Assembly: GCA_043747615.1 (NCBI GenBank)
Contig: JAYTOU010000003.1
Location: forward strand, 160,001 to 224,000
Reading direction: 5' to 3'
Source of the DNA: Myxococcales bacterium
GTDB lineage: Bacteria > Myxococcota_A > Polyangia > Polyangiales > Polyangiaceae
DNA length: 64,000 nucleotides
The notes under the pieces are model-generated. The model was not told the DNA's origin. It saw only the letters and a list, made by a program, of their open reading frames with translations, and did not search any database. The translations under genes were made by a program, and so were the position numbers. Of this stretch, positions 23,053-33,339 are shown piece by piece. How positions within the stretch are numbered: the first letter of the stretch is position 1; the number at the start of each line of letters is the position of its first letter.

Positions 23053-25299
23053 GTGCGTACGAGCGTGCCCCCCAAGAAGCGCCCAAGCTTCCCTCCGCTG
23101 CCCCCGAAAAAAGCGGGGCTCGCGGATCCGGAGCGAGTCGAGCTCCGTCTGTCGATCGGGCGCGATGGTCTCGGGCTGGAGCTCGGCGCGCCGGTGGTCG
23201 TCGGTCCTCTGCGGGTGACCGAGCTCGTCCTCAGCATGCCGGGAGTCCGCTTTCCTCTCGATGTGTCGGGGGGTGTCTCGCGATTTCGGCACCGGCGGGG
23301 CGACCTCCAGCGGCTGACCGTCGAGCTCACCGCACACGAGCTCGTGCGCTGGGCCACGCCCCGCCTTCACGGTGTGATCGGCGCAGAGGCGTGCGAGGTT
23401 TGGATCGGCATCTCTCGCTCGGTGGCGACGCTGGCGCTCTCGACGCGTGGCTCTGTGCCGGCATTCCTGGCGTTCGAGGTGAGCGCCACCATCGAAGGTG
23501 AAGACGTGCGCCTCTTCCTCACCGCCGCGCGCGGCACCGGGCTACCCGCGCCTCCGGTCGTGCTCGCGATGGCCGCAATGGCGGCGCTCCTCGGAAAATC
23601 GGCAACGCGCGCTGGAGCTTCATTTACCGTGCAGCAGGCGGCCGCCAAGCTCTCAAAGGGCCTCCTCCCTGACGCCGGCGCGCGCGTCCCGTCGACCGAG
23701 TCGGTGCGTTGGACGGCGCTGGCCACCGCGGTCGATGGTTGGATTCTACATGCATCTCGGCACGGCACCCCCACCGAGACGAGCGCGCATGCGGCGCTCG
23801 CGCGGGAGGCAAACCTTCTCACCCGGGAGGCAGACGACGCGCGCTACGAGCGGGCGTACGATCGCGCACGCGCTCTCGACGTTGCAGTTCTCGAACGGGC
23901 GCCACGCCATCCGGAGGTGTGCGGGCGAATTGCGGAGATCGATCGCCACGCGGGCGGTCGCGCGGAGGCTGCGCTCGGTACCCTCAAAGACTCAGAGCGT
24001 GAGCGAGGGTTTCATCACGGAATGCTTCGCGCGGAGCTCCTCGCAGAAGTAGGAGACACGGCCGCCGCGGTCGCTGCCTTCGCGCATGTGGGGGAGACGG
24101 AGGTCGTCCCGGTCCTCGCGGCGCGTGCATACGAGCGAGCGGCGGAGCTCGTGGCCGATGCCGCGGAGGGCCTCGTTTGGCTTGATTTCGCGGTCGTTCG
24201 CGCGCCGGCAGAGGCGCGCTTGCGATGGGCGCGGGTCGCACGGAGGCTCGCGCTCGGGCGGATCGAGGATGCGATGGCCGACGCCGAGCACCTCGAGGCC
24301 CAAGCCCGCGGGCCGACCGCCCGTCACGAAGTGTGGTGGCGAGCGGGAGCCGAGTGGCAGAAGGCCGGGCTGCACGGCGAGGCCGCTCCCCTCTTCGAAC
24401 GGGCGCTGCGCTTCGTCCCTGATGACGCTGAAGCGCTCGCCGGACTCGGTCGCGCGCTCCTCGCGCAAGGTCGGGCAGCACGCGGAGTCGCCCTTCTCAC
24501 GCGGTCAATCGAGCTCGCCGAGAAAGCCTCGACCACCCCGATCGATCGCACGGTCCTCGATCTTGCGCGCGCGCTTGCCGAGCAGCTGAGCGATCGGCCA
24601 GCGGCTATCGCCCGCGTTCGCGCGGTGCGGAGCGAATCGCCGGAGAGCATCGAGGCGCGCGGCCTCGAAGGACGCTGGCGTGCCGCCATGGGAGATTTCG
24701 CGGGGGCTTCGCTCGCCTTTGCGCGCCTCCGCGAGATCGTCTCGACGCGGGTGGAAGAAGCGTCGTCACCGGACAAAAAGGCCTCTTTGGCGTTCTTGAT
24801 CGAGGCGGCGATCTTCGAACGCGACGTGCGTCATGATCTCCTCGCGTCCCAGCGCCTCCTCGGAGCTGCGCTCCGCCTCGCTCCGCACGACGCCGTCGCC
24901 AGCGCTGCGTACCGCGACGTGGGCGCGCGGATCGTCGGCGTACCGGCCGCTCCGCCAGTTGTGGAGCACGAACCTTCGCCGCCCCCGGCGGTCGAGGAGT
25001 CGTACGACGCTGGAAACGATGACTCGCGCGTCGAGGATCTCACGCGCAAGCTCCACGCTGACGCGAGCGACGACTCGGTGGTCGACGAGCTCGCCTTCCG
25101 CCTCATGCGACTCGGCCGGGCGCACGAGCTCTTGGCGCTCCTCAGCGCGCGGATCGAAGACGCCACTCCGGAGCGGCGCGCGAAGCTCATTCCAAAGCAA
25201 GAGGCCGTCCTGCAGCACCTCGAGGACGACGCCCGCGCGCGCGGCTCGGAGCCCGAGGTCCGCCTCTTCCGCGAAGCCCGTCTCGTCCTCCGACCGTAG
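23053..25299 (+). CDS. TPR-repeat hypothetical protein
   Basis: 748-aa ORF with TPR-like units (FERALRFVPDDAEALAGLGRAL; ALRLAPHD). Confidence 0.75.
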   Translation: MRTSVPPKKRPSFPPLPPKKAGLADPERVELRLSIGRDGLGLELGAPVVVGPLRVTELVLSMPGVRFPLDVSGGVSRFRHRRGDLQRLTVELTAHELVRWATPRLHGVIGAEACEVWIGISRSVATLALSTRGSVPAFLAFEVSATIEGEDVRLFLTAARGTGLPAPPVVLAMAAMAALLGKSATRAGASFTVQQAAAKLSKGLLPDAGARVPSTESVRWTALATAVDGWILHASRHGTPTETSAHAALAREANLLTREADDARYERAYDRARALDVAVLERAPRHPEVCGRIAEIDRHAGGRAEAALGTLKDSERERGFHHGMLRAELLAEVGDTAAAVAAFAHVGETEVVPVLAARAYERAAELVADAAEGLVWLDFAVVRAPAEARLRWARVARRLALGRIEDAMADAEHLEAQARGPTARHEVWWRAGAEWQKAGLHGEAAPLFERALRFVPDDAEALAGLGRALLAQGRAARGVALLTRSIELAEKASTTPIDRTVLDLARALAEQLSDRPAAIARVRAVRSESPESIEARGLEGRWRAAMGDFAGASLAFARLREIVSTRVEEASSPDKKASLAFLIEAAIFERDVRHDLLASQRLLGAALRLAPHDAVASAAYRDVGARIVGVPAAPPVVEHEPSPPPAVEESYDAGNDDSRVEDLTRKLHADASDDSVVDELAFRLMRLGRAHELLALLSARIEDATPERRAKLIPKQEAVLQHLEDDARARGSEPEVRLFREARLVLRP

Positions 25300-25413
25300 C
25301 GTCACTGGCACACGGTGTGGCTCCGCGTGCACACGCCGCGTTCACGAACGAGAGATCACGCGGCGAATTAGCCTGAATTTCGAGGCGGGAACGAAACTCG
25401 CTAGGTGCCCGTT

Positions 25414-26472
25414 ATGTCCGACATGAAAGAGCGATCTCGCGCCGTGATCTGCGGAGCCGGTGCCGCCGGCCTCGTCCACGCCATCACGTACCGCGCCGCC
25501 GGTGTCGACGTGGTTGGCCTCCATGATCCCGACGGTGGACGGGTCGGCAGCCTCGCCGAGATGACCGGAGCGCGCATGTGCGCCTCGCCTGCCGAGCTCT
25601 TCGCCATGGACGCCGACTTCGTCAGCGTCTGCAGCCCGCCGGCCGCGCACGTGCACCACGCGATCGGCGCGACGAACGGCAAGCGGACGGTCTTCGTGGA
25701 GAAGCCGGTGGCCACGACCCACGCCGATCTCGTGCGCATCGGCGGCCTTCGCGACTGCGTACCCGTCGTTCAATGGCGAGCCGGTCGCGCCATCCGAGCG
25801 ATCCGCGCAGCGGTGCAGCAAGGCTTCTTCGGTCCCGCGCCCGAAGTCACCGCGGATCTCGATTGGGGCCGCGACGAAGCGTATTTTGCGGCGGGGCGCG
25901 GCACTCTCGGTGGGTGGGGGTGCGGCGTCCTCCTCTCCGTCGGTGTCCACGCCGTCGATGCCATCTGCTGGACGCTCGGCAGACCGCTCATCGAATCGCG
26001 CGGCACCCTCGGATACCGGCCCGGGCTCGAGGTCGAAACTACCGCGCTCGCCACGATGCGCTTTCACGGCGGCGCGCGCGCTAGCGTACGAGCCTCTTTC
26101 GACGGCACCAGCGACAGCACGCGCATCTCCTTCAGCGGCGACGGCGTAAGCGCCGTGATCGAGGGCGCCGAGCTCGACCCTACTGCGTCGCGCGTCACGT
26201 GGTCGGCGTCCGATCCAAAGGTGCTCGAATCCCTCCTCGCCATCGAGCGAGCGTCATCGGGCGGGCTCGAACGACCGCTCATCGTTCCGTTTCTGCATGC
26301 GGCCATCGCGTCCGCGAGAGACGGCGCGAGGCCCGGAGAAACGGCGGCGCTCCCGTCCATCGAGAGCACGGTCGACGCTCACCGCGCGATCCTCGACGTG
26401 TATGCGGGCGCGGTTACGACTCGCTCTTTGCGCCCGCGGCCCACGAGTCGCGCAGAGAGATCGTTCGGTTGA
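25414..26472 (+). CDS. Gfo/Idh/MocA family oxidoreductase
   Basis: ICGAGAAG Rossmann motif, [24 protein letters not shown]. Confidence 0.85.
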   Translation: MSDMKERSRAVICGAGAAGLVHAITYRAAGVDVVGLHDPDGGRVGSLAEMTGARMCASPAELFAMDADFVSVCSPPAAHVHHAIGATNGKRTVFVEKPVATTHADLVRIGGLRDCVPVVQWRAGRAIRAIRAAVQQGFFGPAPEVTADLDWGRDEAYFAAGRGTLGGWGCGVLLSVGVHAVDAICWTLGRPLIESRGTLGYRPGLEVETTALATMRFHGGARASVRASFDGTSDSTRISFSGDGVSAVIEGAELDPTASRVTWSASDPKVLESLLAIERASSGGLERPLIVPFLHAAIASARDGARPGETAALPSIESTVDAHRAILDVYAGAVTTRSLRPRPTSRAERSFG

Positions 26473-28093
26473 AGACCAGCGCCTCCGGCTTCGAATCCGA
26501 GTCGACGCAGAAGTAACCGAGACGCTCGAACTGCAAGCGATCGAGCGGTTTCGCCGTCGCGAGGCTGGGCTCGAGACGACACCCCGCGAGGATCTCCAGC
26601 GAGCCCGGGTTGATGAACTGCGTGAAGTCTGCATCCTTGTCTTTCAGCGGATTTTCCTCGCGGAAGAGGCGATCGTAAAGCCGCACCTCGGCGGTGACGG
26701 CGTGCTCCGCCGAGACCCAGTGGATGGTGCCTTTGACCTTGCGTCCATCGGGCGCAGCTCCGCCGAGTGACGCGGGATCCCACGTGCAGCGAAGCTCGGT
26801 GACCTCGCCCGCCTCGTTCTTAACCACCGACGTGCACGTGATGAGACACGCGTACCGCAAGCGCACCTCCTGCCCGGGCGCAAGGCGAAACCATTTTTTC
26901 GCCGGCACCTCCATGAAGTCCTCGCGCTCGACGTAGAGCACGCGCGTGAGCGGTACCTTACGCGACGGCCCTTCGGGTTTTTCGGGATCGAAGGGCGCAT
27001 CGAACGTCTCGACGCGTCCCTCCGCAAAATTCTCGATCACCACTTTGAGCGGACGCAGGACCGCCATTACCCGCGGCGAGCGCGCGTTCAGATCTTCCCG
27101 AAGCGCGTGCTCGAGCAGCGTCACGTCCACGATCCCGTCGCGGGTGGAGACGCCAATGCGGTCGCAGAATTTTCGGATCGCCTCGGGCGTGTAGCCGCGC
27201 CGGCGCAGCCCAGCGAGGGTCGGCATCCGCGGATCGTCCCAACCGTTCACGCGCTTTTCTTCGACGAGCTGCTTCAGCTTTCGCTTCGACTGAATGGTGT
27301 ACGTGAGATTGAGCTTTGCGAATTCGATCTGCTTCGGCTGCGGGGCGGGGAAAGCGAGCGCCTCGAGGAACCAGTGGTAGAGCCCGCGGTGGTTGACGAA
27401 CTCGAGGGTGCAGATGGAGTGCGTGACCCCTTCGATCGCGTCGGACTGGCCGTGCGCCCAGTCGTACATCGGATAGATGCACCAGGCGTCTCCGGTGCGG
27501 TGATGGGCTATCCGCCGAATGCGATACATCACCGGATCGCGGAGCTTCACGTCGGGTGAGGCGAGATCGATCTTCGCGCGCAGAACGTGCGAGCCGTCCG
27601 CGAACTCTCCCTTGCGCATGCGTTCGAAGAGCTCGAGATTTTCCGCCGGCGAGCGATGCCGGTGCGGGCTGTCCTCGCCGGGCTTGTAGAAGTCGCCGCG
27701 GGTCAGACGGATTTCTTCGAGGCTGCGATCATCGACGTAGGCTTTGCCGTCGTTGATGAGACGAACGGCAAGCTCGTAGAGCTTCTCGAAATAGTCCGAC
27801 GCGAAGTAGAGCCTATTTTCCCAGTCGAAACCGAGCCAGCGAATGTCGTTCTGGATCGCCTCGACGTATTCGACGTCCTCCGTTTCGGGGTTCGTGTCGT
27901 CGAAGCGGAGGTTGCATTTGCCGCCGAACTTCGCGGCGAGCCCGAACTGCAGACAGATGGATTTGGCGTGACCAATGTGGAGGTAGCCGTTCGGCTCGGG
28001 GGGAAAACGCGTGACGATCGCCGTGCCGGGCTTCGCGCGTAACTCTTCCTCGATGAGGTCTTCGACGAAATTGCCCGGGCCATCCGCTGTCAT
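26414..28093 (-). CDS. glnS: Glutaminyl-tRNA synthetase
   Basis: [53 protein letters not shown]. Confidence 0.97.
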   Translation of the reverse strand: MTADGPGNFVEDLIEEELRAKPGTAIVTRFPPEPNGYLHIGHAKSICLQFGLAAKFGGKCNLRFDDTNPETEDVEYVEAIQNDIRWLGFDWENRLYFASDYFEKLYELAVRLINDGKAYVDDRSLEEIRLTRGDFYKPGEDSPHRHRSPAENLELFERMRKGEFADGSHVLRAKIDLASPDVKLRDPVMYRIRRIAHHRTGDAWCIYPMYDWAHGQSDAIEGVTHSICTLEFVNHRGLYHWFLEALAFPAPQPKQIEFAKLNLTYTIQSKRKLKQLVEEKRVNGWDDPRMPTLAGLRRRGYTPEAIRKFCDRIGVSTRDGIVDVTLLEHALREDLNARSPRVMAVLRPLKVVIENFAEGRVETFDAPFDPEKPEGPSRKVPLTRVLYVEREDFMEVPAKKWFRLAPGQEVRLRYACLITCTSVVKNEAGEVTELRCTWDPASLGGAAPDGRKVKGTIHWVSAEHAVTAEVRLYDRLFREENPLKDKDADFTQFINPGSLEILAGCRLEPSLATAKPLDRLQFERLGYFCVDSDSKPEALVFNRTISLRDSWAAGAKSES

Positions 28094-28167
28094 GCCGACG
28101 ACTTTACCCGATGCGGTTCATATGGTCGCAAGTTCGTGGTTCTTTGCGCTGAACCTGGTGGAGCGGC

Positions 28168-28512
28168 CTACTTGAGGCAGCACTGGAGGAAGCCGTCGCC
28201 GCCGTCGTCGCCTCCGTACACCGGGGAATCGCCGCAGCGTCCGCCCATCGCCATGCACTGAGCGGGTGTGCCTCCGTCGCCATCCATGGTGCACTGCGCG
28301 ATGCACGTGCCGACGGGTGGAGGCGGCGGCGCGCTGTCGAAGGTGGCGTCTGGCTGATCGACCGAGGCGGGGTTCATCGCCGAGCTGTCGTGCTCGTACC
28401 GACTCGGCGGGTTTACGGTGCCCGGGGGATCCGAAGAGCCTCCCCCGCCCGCCGACGTACAGCCCGCTCCCGAAGCCACAAGGAAAAGGGCCAACGGGAG
28501 CGCGCGTTGCAT
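28168..28512 (-). CDS. Small lipoprotein with C-terminal 6-Cys domain
   Basis: MQRALPLALFLVASGAGC lipobox, Pro/Asp linker, C-terminal C..C..CxxxGGxC..CC. Confidence 0.7.
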   Translation of the reverse strand: MQRALPLALFLVASGAGCTSAGGGGSSDPPGTVNPPSRYEHDSSAMNPASVDQPDATFDSAPPPPPVGTCIAQCTMDGDGGTPAQCMAMGGRCGDSPVYGGDDGGDGFLQCCLK

Positions 28513-28559
28513 CGCCCGCAGTCTTCGCGCGAGGCGACAGCGGGCGTCAATGGAGAAAA

Positions 28560-31328
28560 CTACTTGATGCCGCCGCCGCATTGGTTGGAGATGCCGCCGC
28601 CGCCGCACGTGGCGGGAGCGAGGCAGGCACCGCAGTCGAGGAGGTTGCCGCAGCCGTCGGAGACAGGACCGCAGTTCGCGCCCGCCGCCGCGCACGTGCG
28701 AGGTGTGCAGCTTGGAGGCACGCACTTGTTGCTGAAGCACGAGAAGCCAGTCGGGCACGGCCCGCAGTCGAGGAGGTTGCCGCAGTTGTCGCCGAGCGGC
28801 CCGCACTGAGTAGCTGGGGCGGGCAACGCGCACGTCCGCGCGGCGCACGTTCCACCACCGCACACGCCCGGGACGCCGCCGCCACCGCACGTGCCGCCGT
28901 CGCACCCGCCGCAATTGACGGAGCCGCCGCAGCCATCCGGGACGAACCCGCACTTCGCCGCGCCGCAGCCCTTGGGTGTGCAAGCGACCGACCCGCAGAC
29001 GCCGGGGGTGCCGCCACCGCCGCACGTTCCGCCGTCACACGTTCCGCAGCCGCCGGCGATCACATTTCCGCAGCCGTCTCCGGACGGACCGCACGAGATC
29101 CCCATCGCAGCGCAGCTCTTCGGCGTGCACACCGGAGGAGGAGGCGGGACGACGGGAACGACGCAGCTCGCGAGATCGAAGAGCATGAACTCGAGGACTT
29201 TTTCCTGCGCCGAGAGCGTGGTTCCGTTGCATTCGGTGGGGAAGGCGGCTTGGCCGGAGGAGTTGTTGTTCACGTGGAAGTCGCTGTAGAGGACGCGACC
29301 GCACTGATTGACTACGCCGCCGTCGCTGGGCGGAATGGGCGTATTGAAGGTGTAGTGCTGGGGGACGTTTGGGTAATCGGGGCTCGTCGGATCGACCTTG
29401 ATCCAACGCTGCGCGACCGTGCCGTTGACGTTCGTCATGTCGTGACGCGAAACGCTGAGCTTGATTTTCGGGGGGCTCACGTTGCTGAGCGCGTTGACCG
29501 AAGGCTGGCCGAGCCAAGACGCGAAAGCGCTGCCCTTGACGAACGCACCGCCGTCGGCGAGGAGTAGATCGATGTCACCCAACTGCCCGTTGGGATCGGC
29601 CGGGTGCCCCTGGTTGATGTTCCAGTCGGCCGTTCCCGTGAATGGCGTGGGCCCGATGCCGGGCGGGCTCGCACCGGACTGGATGTTCGTGAGCCACGTG
29701 TAACTGTAGTGCGTGGCGTACATACGGCCGCCCGCCGCGGTGTAGTCGAGCATGTTCTGCTGCCAGGCAGACGTGTCCGTTCCGGCGCTGGGGGGGACGA
29801 CCTTCGCGTCCGGGCCACCTTCGCAAGGGAGGAGAACGATGTCGTACTTCTTGAGCTCCGCGAGCGAGCCGGTCAGAACCGACCAGTCCGTTACGCCTCC
29901 GTCAGCCGCGACGGAACCGTTCGCCTGGTAAAGGCGCACGCGACCGATCTTGCTCACCGCGGGACTCGTGAACTCGCAGTCGTTGATGCCGATCTTGCGA
30001 AGCACGCACTCGAGGGTGTCGACGTCGCCTGTTGCGATGGCGGTGAGCGGGATGTCTCCCTGGTCGGTGGCGTCGGCGGCGTTGGCCGTGCACGCTCCCG
30101 AGGCAATCGATGCCGTCGACCGGGTTGGCAAGTGGGTCTTCGCTCGCCCCGCGGCCGTCGTCGAAAGATCGACCGTGGTGCATGCGGCCTGCGCCGCGAT
30201 CGTGACCTCTCGGCGCCAACGACCGAGCTGAATCACGAGCGGATAGCTCGTTGCGGCCGGCACGTTGGTCAAGGTGAACTTGCCGTCGAACCCCGTTGTC
30301 GCGCTGACGAGCGGACACCCGGAAGCCGTCGCTCCGCATTGGTCGCACGACACGTTCGGCGCAAACGGAGCGATCGCGCAGTTTGCGACATAGACGAGCG
30401 CGCCGTACATGGGCTCGACGCCGTCGGGGGCATAGACGGTCCCCTTCAGCGTGGTCGGCGACGCCGCGTCGCAGGTGTTCACCTGGTTCAAGCAGAGGCC
30501 GGTGCAGGGGGGCGCAGCGTCGAAGCCGCCGCACACGCTTGGCGTGTTCAAGCCGCACACTTGCCCGCTGGGGCAGCCGCCGGGGAGGCAGTTCGCCGTG
30601 AGACCGCCGCAGCCATCTCCCTGGGCGCCGCACGTACCGGAGGGAAATGCCGCACACGTCTTGGGCGTGCAGATCGCTCCGCCGTCGGGGAGGGAGCCCG
30701 TGCCGCAGGTGCTCGGCGCTGATCCTCCGCCGCAGAACGCCGGCATGGTGCAGGTGCCGCAGTTGACCGTGAGCCCGCCGCAGCCATCGGCGACCGACCC
30801 GCAGGTGGGCGCGACCGGGCATCCCGTCGGCACGCAGGCTCCGCCGTCGGGGGTGATCGTCATTCCTCCGCCGCAGGTGCTCGGGCCGCCGCCTCCGCAA
30901 TACGCGGGCGCCGCGCAACCGCCGCAATCGACGACGCCGCCGCAGCCGTCGCCTTGCTTGCCGCAACCGACCGCGAGATCAGCGCACGTCTTCGCCTTGC
31001 ATCCTGCGACCCCGCCGCACACGCTGGGGGTTCCCCCTCCGCCGCAAGTCGCCGGAGCCATGCAGCCGCCGCAGTTGACGACGCCGCCGCAGCCGTCTCC
31101 CTGCATGCCGCAGCCTACGCCGAGCTTCGCGCACGTCGTTGGGACGCAGCCGTTGCCGATCATGCTGTCCATGTCGGTGAATCCGGGCCCCTTACCGTCG
31201 AGCCCTTCGTCGGCCGCGTCACCCTGGCCGTTGTCGAAGGTGGAATCTCCGCTGCTCCCGCACGCCGAGGCGATCGCGGAGAGTGTACTGACAGTGAAGA
31301 TCGCAAGAAAGACGAATGAAGGGCGCAT
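28560..31328 (-). CDS. Large Cys-rich repeat lipoprotein with central beta-sandwich (carboxypeptidase-regulatory-like) and globular domain
   Basis: Lipobox ASAC; 4 N-terminal and 4 C-terminal CxPxxC..CG..xDGCG..CGxC..CGGGG..CG repeats; core GTVYAP...TGFDGKFTLTNVP...IQLGRWRR. Confidence 0.85.
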   Translation of the reverse strand: MRPSFVFLAIFTVSTLSAIASACGSSGDSTFDNGQGDAADEGLDGKGPGFTDMDSMIGNGCVPTTCAKLGVGCGMQGDGCGGVVNCGGCMAPATCGGGGTPSVCGGVAGCKAKTCADLAVGCGKQGDGCGGVVDCGGCAAPAYCGGGGPSTCGGGMTITPDGGACVPTGCPVAPTCGSVADGCGGLTVNCGTCTMPAFCGGGSAPSTCGTGSLPDGGAICTPKTCAAFPSGTCGAQGDGCGGLTANCLPGGCPSGQVCGLNTPSVCGGFDAAPPCTGLCLNQVNTCDAASPTTLKGTVYAPDGVEPMYGALVYVANCAIAPFAPNVSCDQCGATASGCPLVSATTGFDGKFTLTNVPAATSYPLVIQLGRWRREVTIAAQAACTTVDLSTTAAGRAKTHLPTRSTASIASGACTANAADATDQGDIPLTAIATGDVDTLECVLRKIGINDCEFTSPAVSKIGRVRLYQANGSVAADGGVTDWSVLTGSLAELKKYDIVLLPCEGGPDAKVVPPSAGTDTSAWQQNMLDYTAAGGRMYATHYSYTWLTNIQSGASPPGIGPTPFTGTADWNINQGHPADPNGQLGDIDLLLADGGAFVKGSAFASWLGQPSVNALSNVSPPKIKLSVSRHDMTNVNGTVAQRWIKVDPTSPDYPNVPQHYTFNTPIPPSDGGVVNQCGRVLYSDFHVNNNSSGQAAFPTECNGTTLSAQEKVLEFMLFDLASCVVPVVPPPPPVCTPKSCAAMGISCGPSGDGCGNVIAGGCGTCDGGTCGGGGTPGVCGSVACTPKGCGAAKCGFVPDGCGGSVNCGGCDGGTCGGGGVPGVCGGGTCAARTCALPAPATQCGPLGDNCGNLLDCGPCPTGFSCFSNKCVPPSCTPRTCAAAGANCGPVSDGCGNLLDCGACLAPATCGGGGISNQCGGGIK

Positions 31329-31395
31329 AAGAGCTTCTCCGGCTCTCTTATTCGCGTGTGCTAAGCCCGGTCTCAGCAACGGTCCGCGATAGAAA

Positions 31396-31446
31396 GCTTC
31401 AATCTGTCAATGAAGCACGTCTCCGCGCTCGCTTCAATCTTTTCAA
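31396..31446. promoter_or_regulatory. Direct repeat GCTTCAATCT x2 (first copy inside the GCTTCA-N9-TGAAGC palindrome), candidate operator
   Basis: Copies at 31396 and 31431, upstream of the Cys-rich lipoprotein gene. Confidence 0.4.
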
Positions 31447-31507
31447 GAGAGAACTTGCCCACTTTTGGGGGTGCTTGCGTCAGGCGGATGCTCTCGGCGT
31501 TTCAAGC

Positions 31508-33091
31508 TCATTTGCGCTCGAGGATCGTGAAGGGACCAAAGGCTTCCCTTCTGTCGTACCCCAGCGACTCGAACCATCTCGCGGAGTCGAGCTCGGGGAA
31601 CGGCGCTTCGCTTGCCACGACCCAGCGTGCCGACCGCGCCTCCACGTATGCTCGATCCTCCGCGAGCCATTCGGCACGACGGTAGGCCCGGTTCGGATCG
31701 ACGAGCGCACCCGTCCAGAAAAAGCGCGCCGTCGAGTGACGCTCCGCAAACGCGTAGATTTCGGGCTCGTAGCCCCGAACGAGGAGCGTGTCCTCGCGCG
31801 CCGCGTTGACGCGTAGCCATGCGCCTGCACGGGCCGCGTCCGTCATGTCGATGTAGCCGGAGGAGAAACGCGCGGTCAGCTCGTCCCGCGAAATCGCGCC
31901 TGCCATCCAGAGCGCCGCGTTCCTCACGCGGAAGAGCCAGATGTCGTGCGGCGTCATCGCCACGATCAGCGACGCGGTAGTAATCGCGTAACTGGCTGGA
32001 AAGAAGCTGGAGAGAGGTGAGCGGCGCGCAGAGACCCAGGCAGAAGCATCAGCGTAAACGTTGGCGGCCCACGCGCTGAAAGGCAGAACGAGAAGCGCGT
32101 AGTGGTAGATGAAAAACTTACCTTGCCAGAAGATCGCCGCGTAGGCGCACGATGCCGCGGCAAGCGGCCAAGCGTCACGACGTGCGCGCTCCGCATCACC
32201 TCGGCGGAGTGCGCCGAGGACGGAGATGACGCTCGCGATCACGCATACGTACGAGAACGGAATGAACCAATCGATGGCCCGGTACGTCTCGCGTGCAACC
32301 TCGCCAACCGAGCCCGTGAGCCGACCGTGCGCAGTGAAATAACGGTTCGCGCCAAGGACGACGTCGGTCAGCGACGACAACGCTCCGTGCGCGGAAAAGT
32401 AGGTCGCGATGAGCGAGGGGACGAGGGCGGCGCCGCACACGGAGGCCGCGAAGATTCCAGTGGCGCGCCGTAACGTCACACGTCCGGTACGGCGCGTGTG
32501 ACCCACGAGGGCCCAGGCGACAAGCGGCGCGAAGCAAAGCGCGGGCGGTTTTGCCAGGACGGCAAGGCTGAAAAATGCTCCGGCGACGAACGGGACCCAG
32601 ACGCGGGCGGACGCGCTTCGTGCAGCGACGACGGCGCTCGCTGCGATGAACAGAGCGCACCAGATTTCGCAATTCGCCGTGTCCTGGAATGGAAAATACC
32701 CGAAGTAGAAAACACTCGCGGCGAACATCGCGGCTCCCCGCACGCCGTCTCGAGGCCGCGTGCCGGGGCTCGTCGTGAGGAGACCCGCGAGTGCACCGAG
32801 GACGAGAACAGCGACGATCTCAGCGGCGCGGATTTGCCACATCCCCTCCCCTGCGAGCGCGATCAGGGTGGCGTGGAGGGCATGGATGAATGGCGTCTTG
32901 TTCTCGTAGAGGTCGCGGTAGGGAACTGCGCCGCGGAGGACCCACTCGCGCCCGACGTAGTAGAAGAGCGCTTGATCTCGGCCGAACGGGAACGTCAACG
33001 TGACGCTGCCAAACACGGCGGCGGCGACTCCGAGCGCGAGGTCGACGACGTGCTTCACGTCGGAATCCTGACGCGGCATCACAGGGTCCAC
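31508..33091 (-). CDS. Multi-pass membrane GT-C fold glycosyltransferase (ArnT/GT39-like)
   Basis: RDQALF..G..PYRDLYENKTP loop after the first TM, many TM helices, LAKPP. Confidence 0.75.
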   Translation of the reverse strand: MDPVMPRQDSDVKHVVDLALGVAAAVFGSVTLTFPFGRDQALFYYVGREWVLRGAVPYRDLYENKTPFIHALHATLIALAGEGMWQIRAAEIVAVLVLGALAGLLTTSPGTRPRDGVRGAAMFAASVFYFGYFPFQDTANCEIWCALFIAASAVVAARSASARVWVPFVAGAFFSLAVLAKPPALCFAPLVAWALVGHTRRTGRVTLRRATGIFAASVCGAALVPSLIATYFSAHGALSSLTDVVLGANRYFTAHGRLTGSVGEVARETYRAIDWFIPFSYVCVIASVISVLGALRRGDAERARRDAWPLAAASCAYAAIFWQGKFFIYHYALLVLPFSAWAANVYADASAWVSARRSPLSSFFPASYAITTASLIVAMTPHDIWLFRVRNAALWMAGAISRDELTARFSSGYIDMTDAARAGAWLRVNAAREDTLLVRGYEPEIYAFAERHSTARFFWTGALVDPNRAYRRAEWLAEDRAYVEARSARWVVASEAPFPELDSARWFESLGYDRREAFGPFTILERK

Positions 33092-33339
33092 CCGCTGACA
33101 TTATCATCACAGCGACACTCGGTTTTTCCCGGCGATACGTAGCTGACCTTTCCAACCATCCGCATTCGCCAGGATCAGCCCAACGGACGCCGTGACGACG
33201 CTCGCCGGCTCGGGTTTGGCCATCTTTGCCGACGGCACCGGCACCGCGAGCTTCAACCGACCCGTTTCCGTAGTCACGCTGAATTAGCGTCGGTCGACGG
33301 CTATGAGGATCCGCCGGCCGCCGTGCTAGATTTTCAATC

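Noticed and set aside
29266..29280. TTGTTCACGTGGAAG, parS-like
   Set aside because: Needs a gap to fit the 16-bp parS palindrome and lies inside a CDS; no convincing parS seen near parAB
28560..31200. Repetitive GCCGCCGCA-rich DNA resembling an array
   Set aside because: Explained by Cys/Gly protein repeats; no constant repeat with unique spacers and no cas genes, so not CRISPR
33208..33288. Two short matches (15/17 and 12/19) to the tRNA-Asp flank, suggesting a second island end
   Set aside because: Inverted orientation, different order and no tRNA 3' duplication; chance or a generic IHF-like site is as likely
33120..33300. Possible c-di-GMP-I riboswitch (GGCAAA...CAAA on minus strand)
   Set aside because: Lacks the GNRA-capped P2 stem and GACGCAAA junction; an Rfam scan would be decisive
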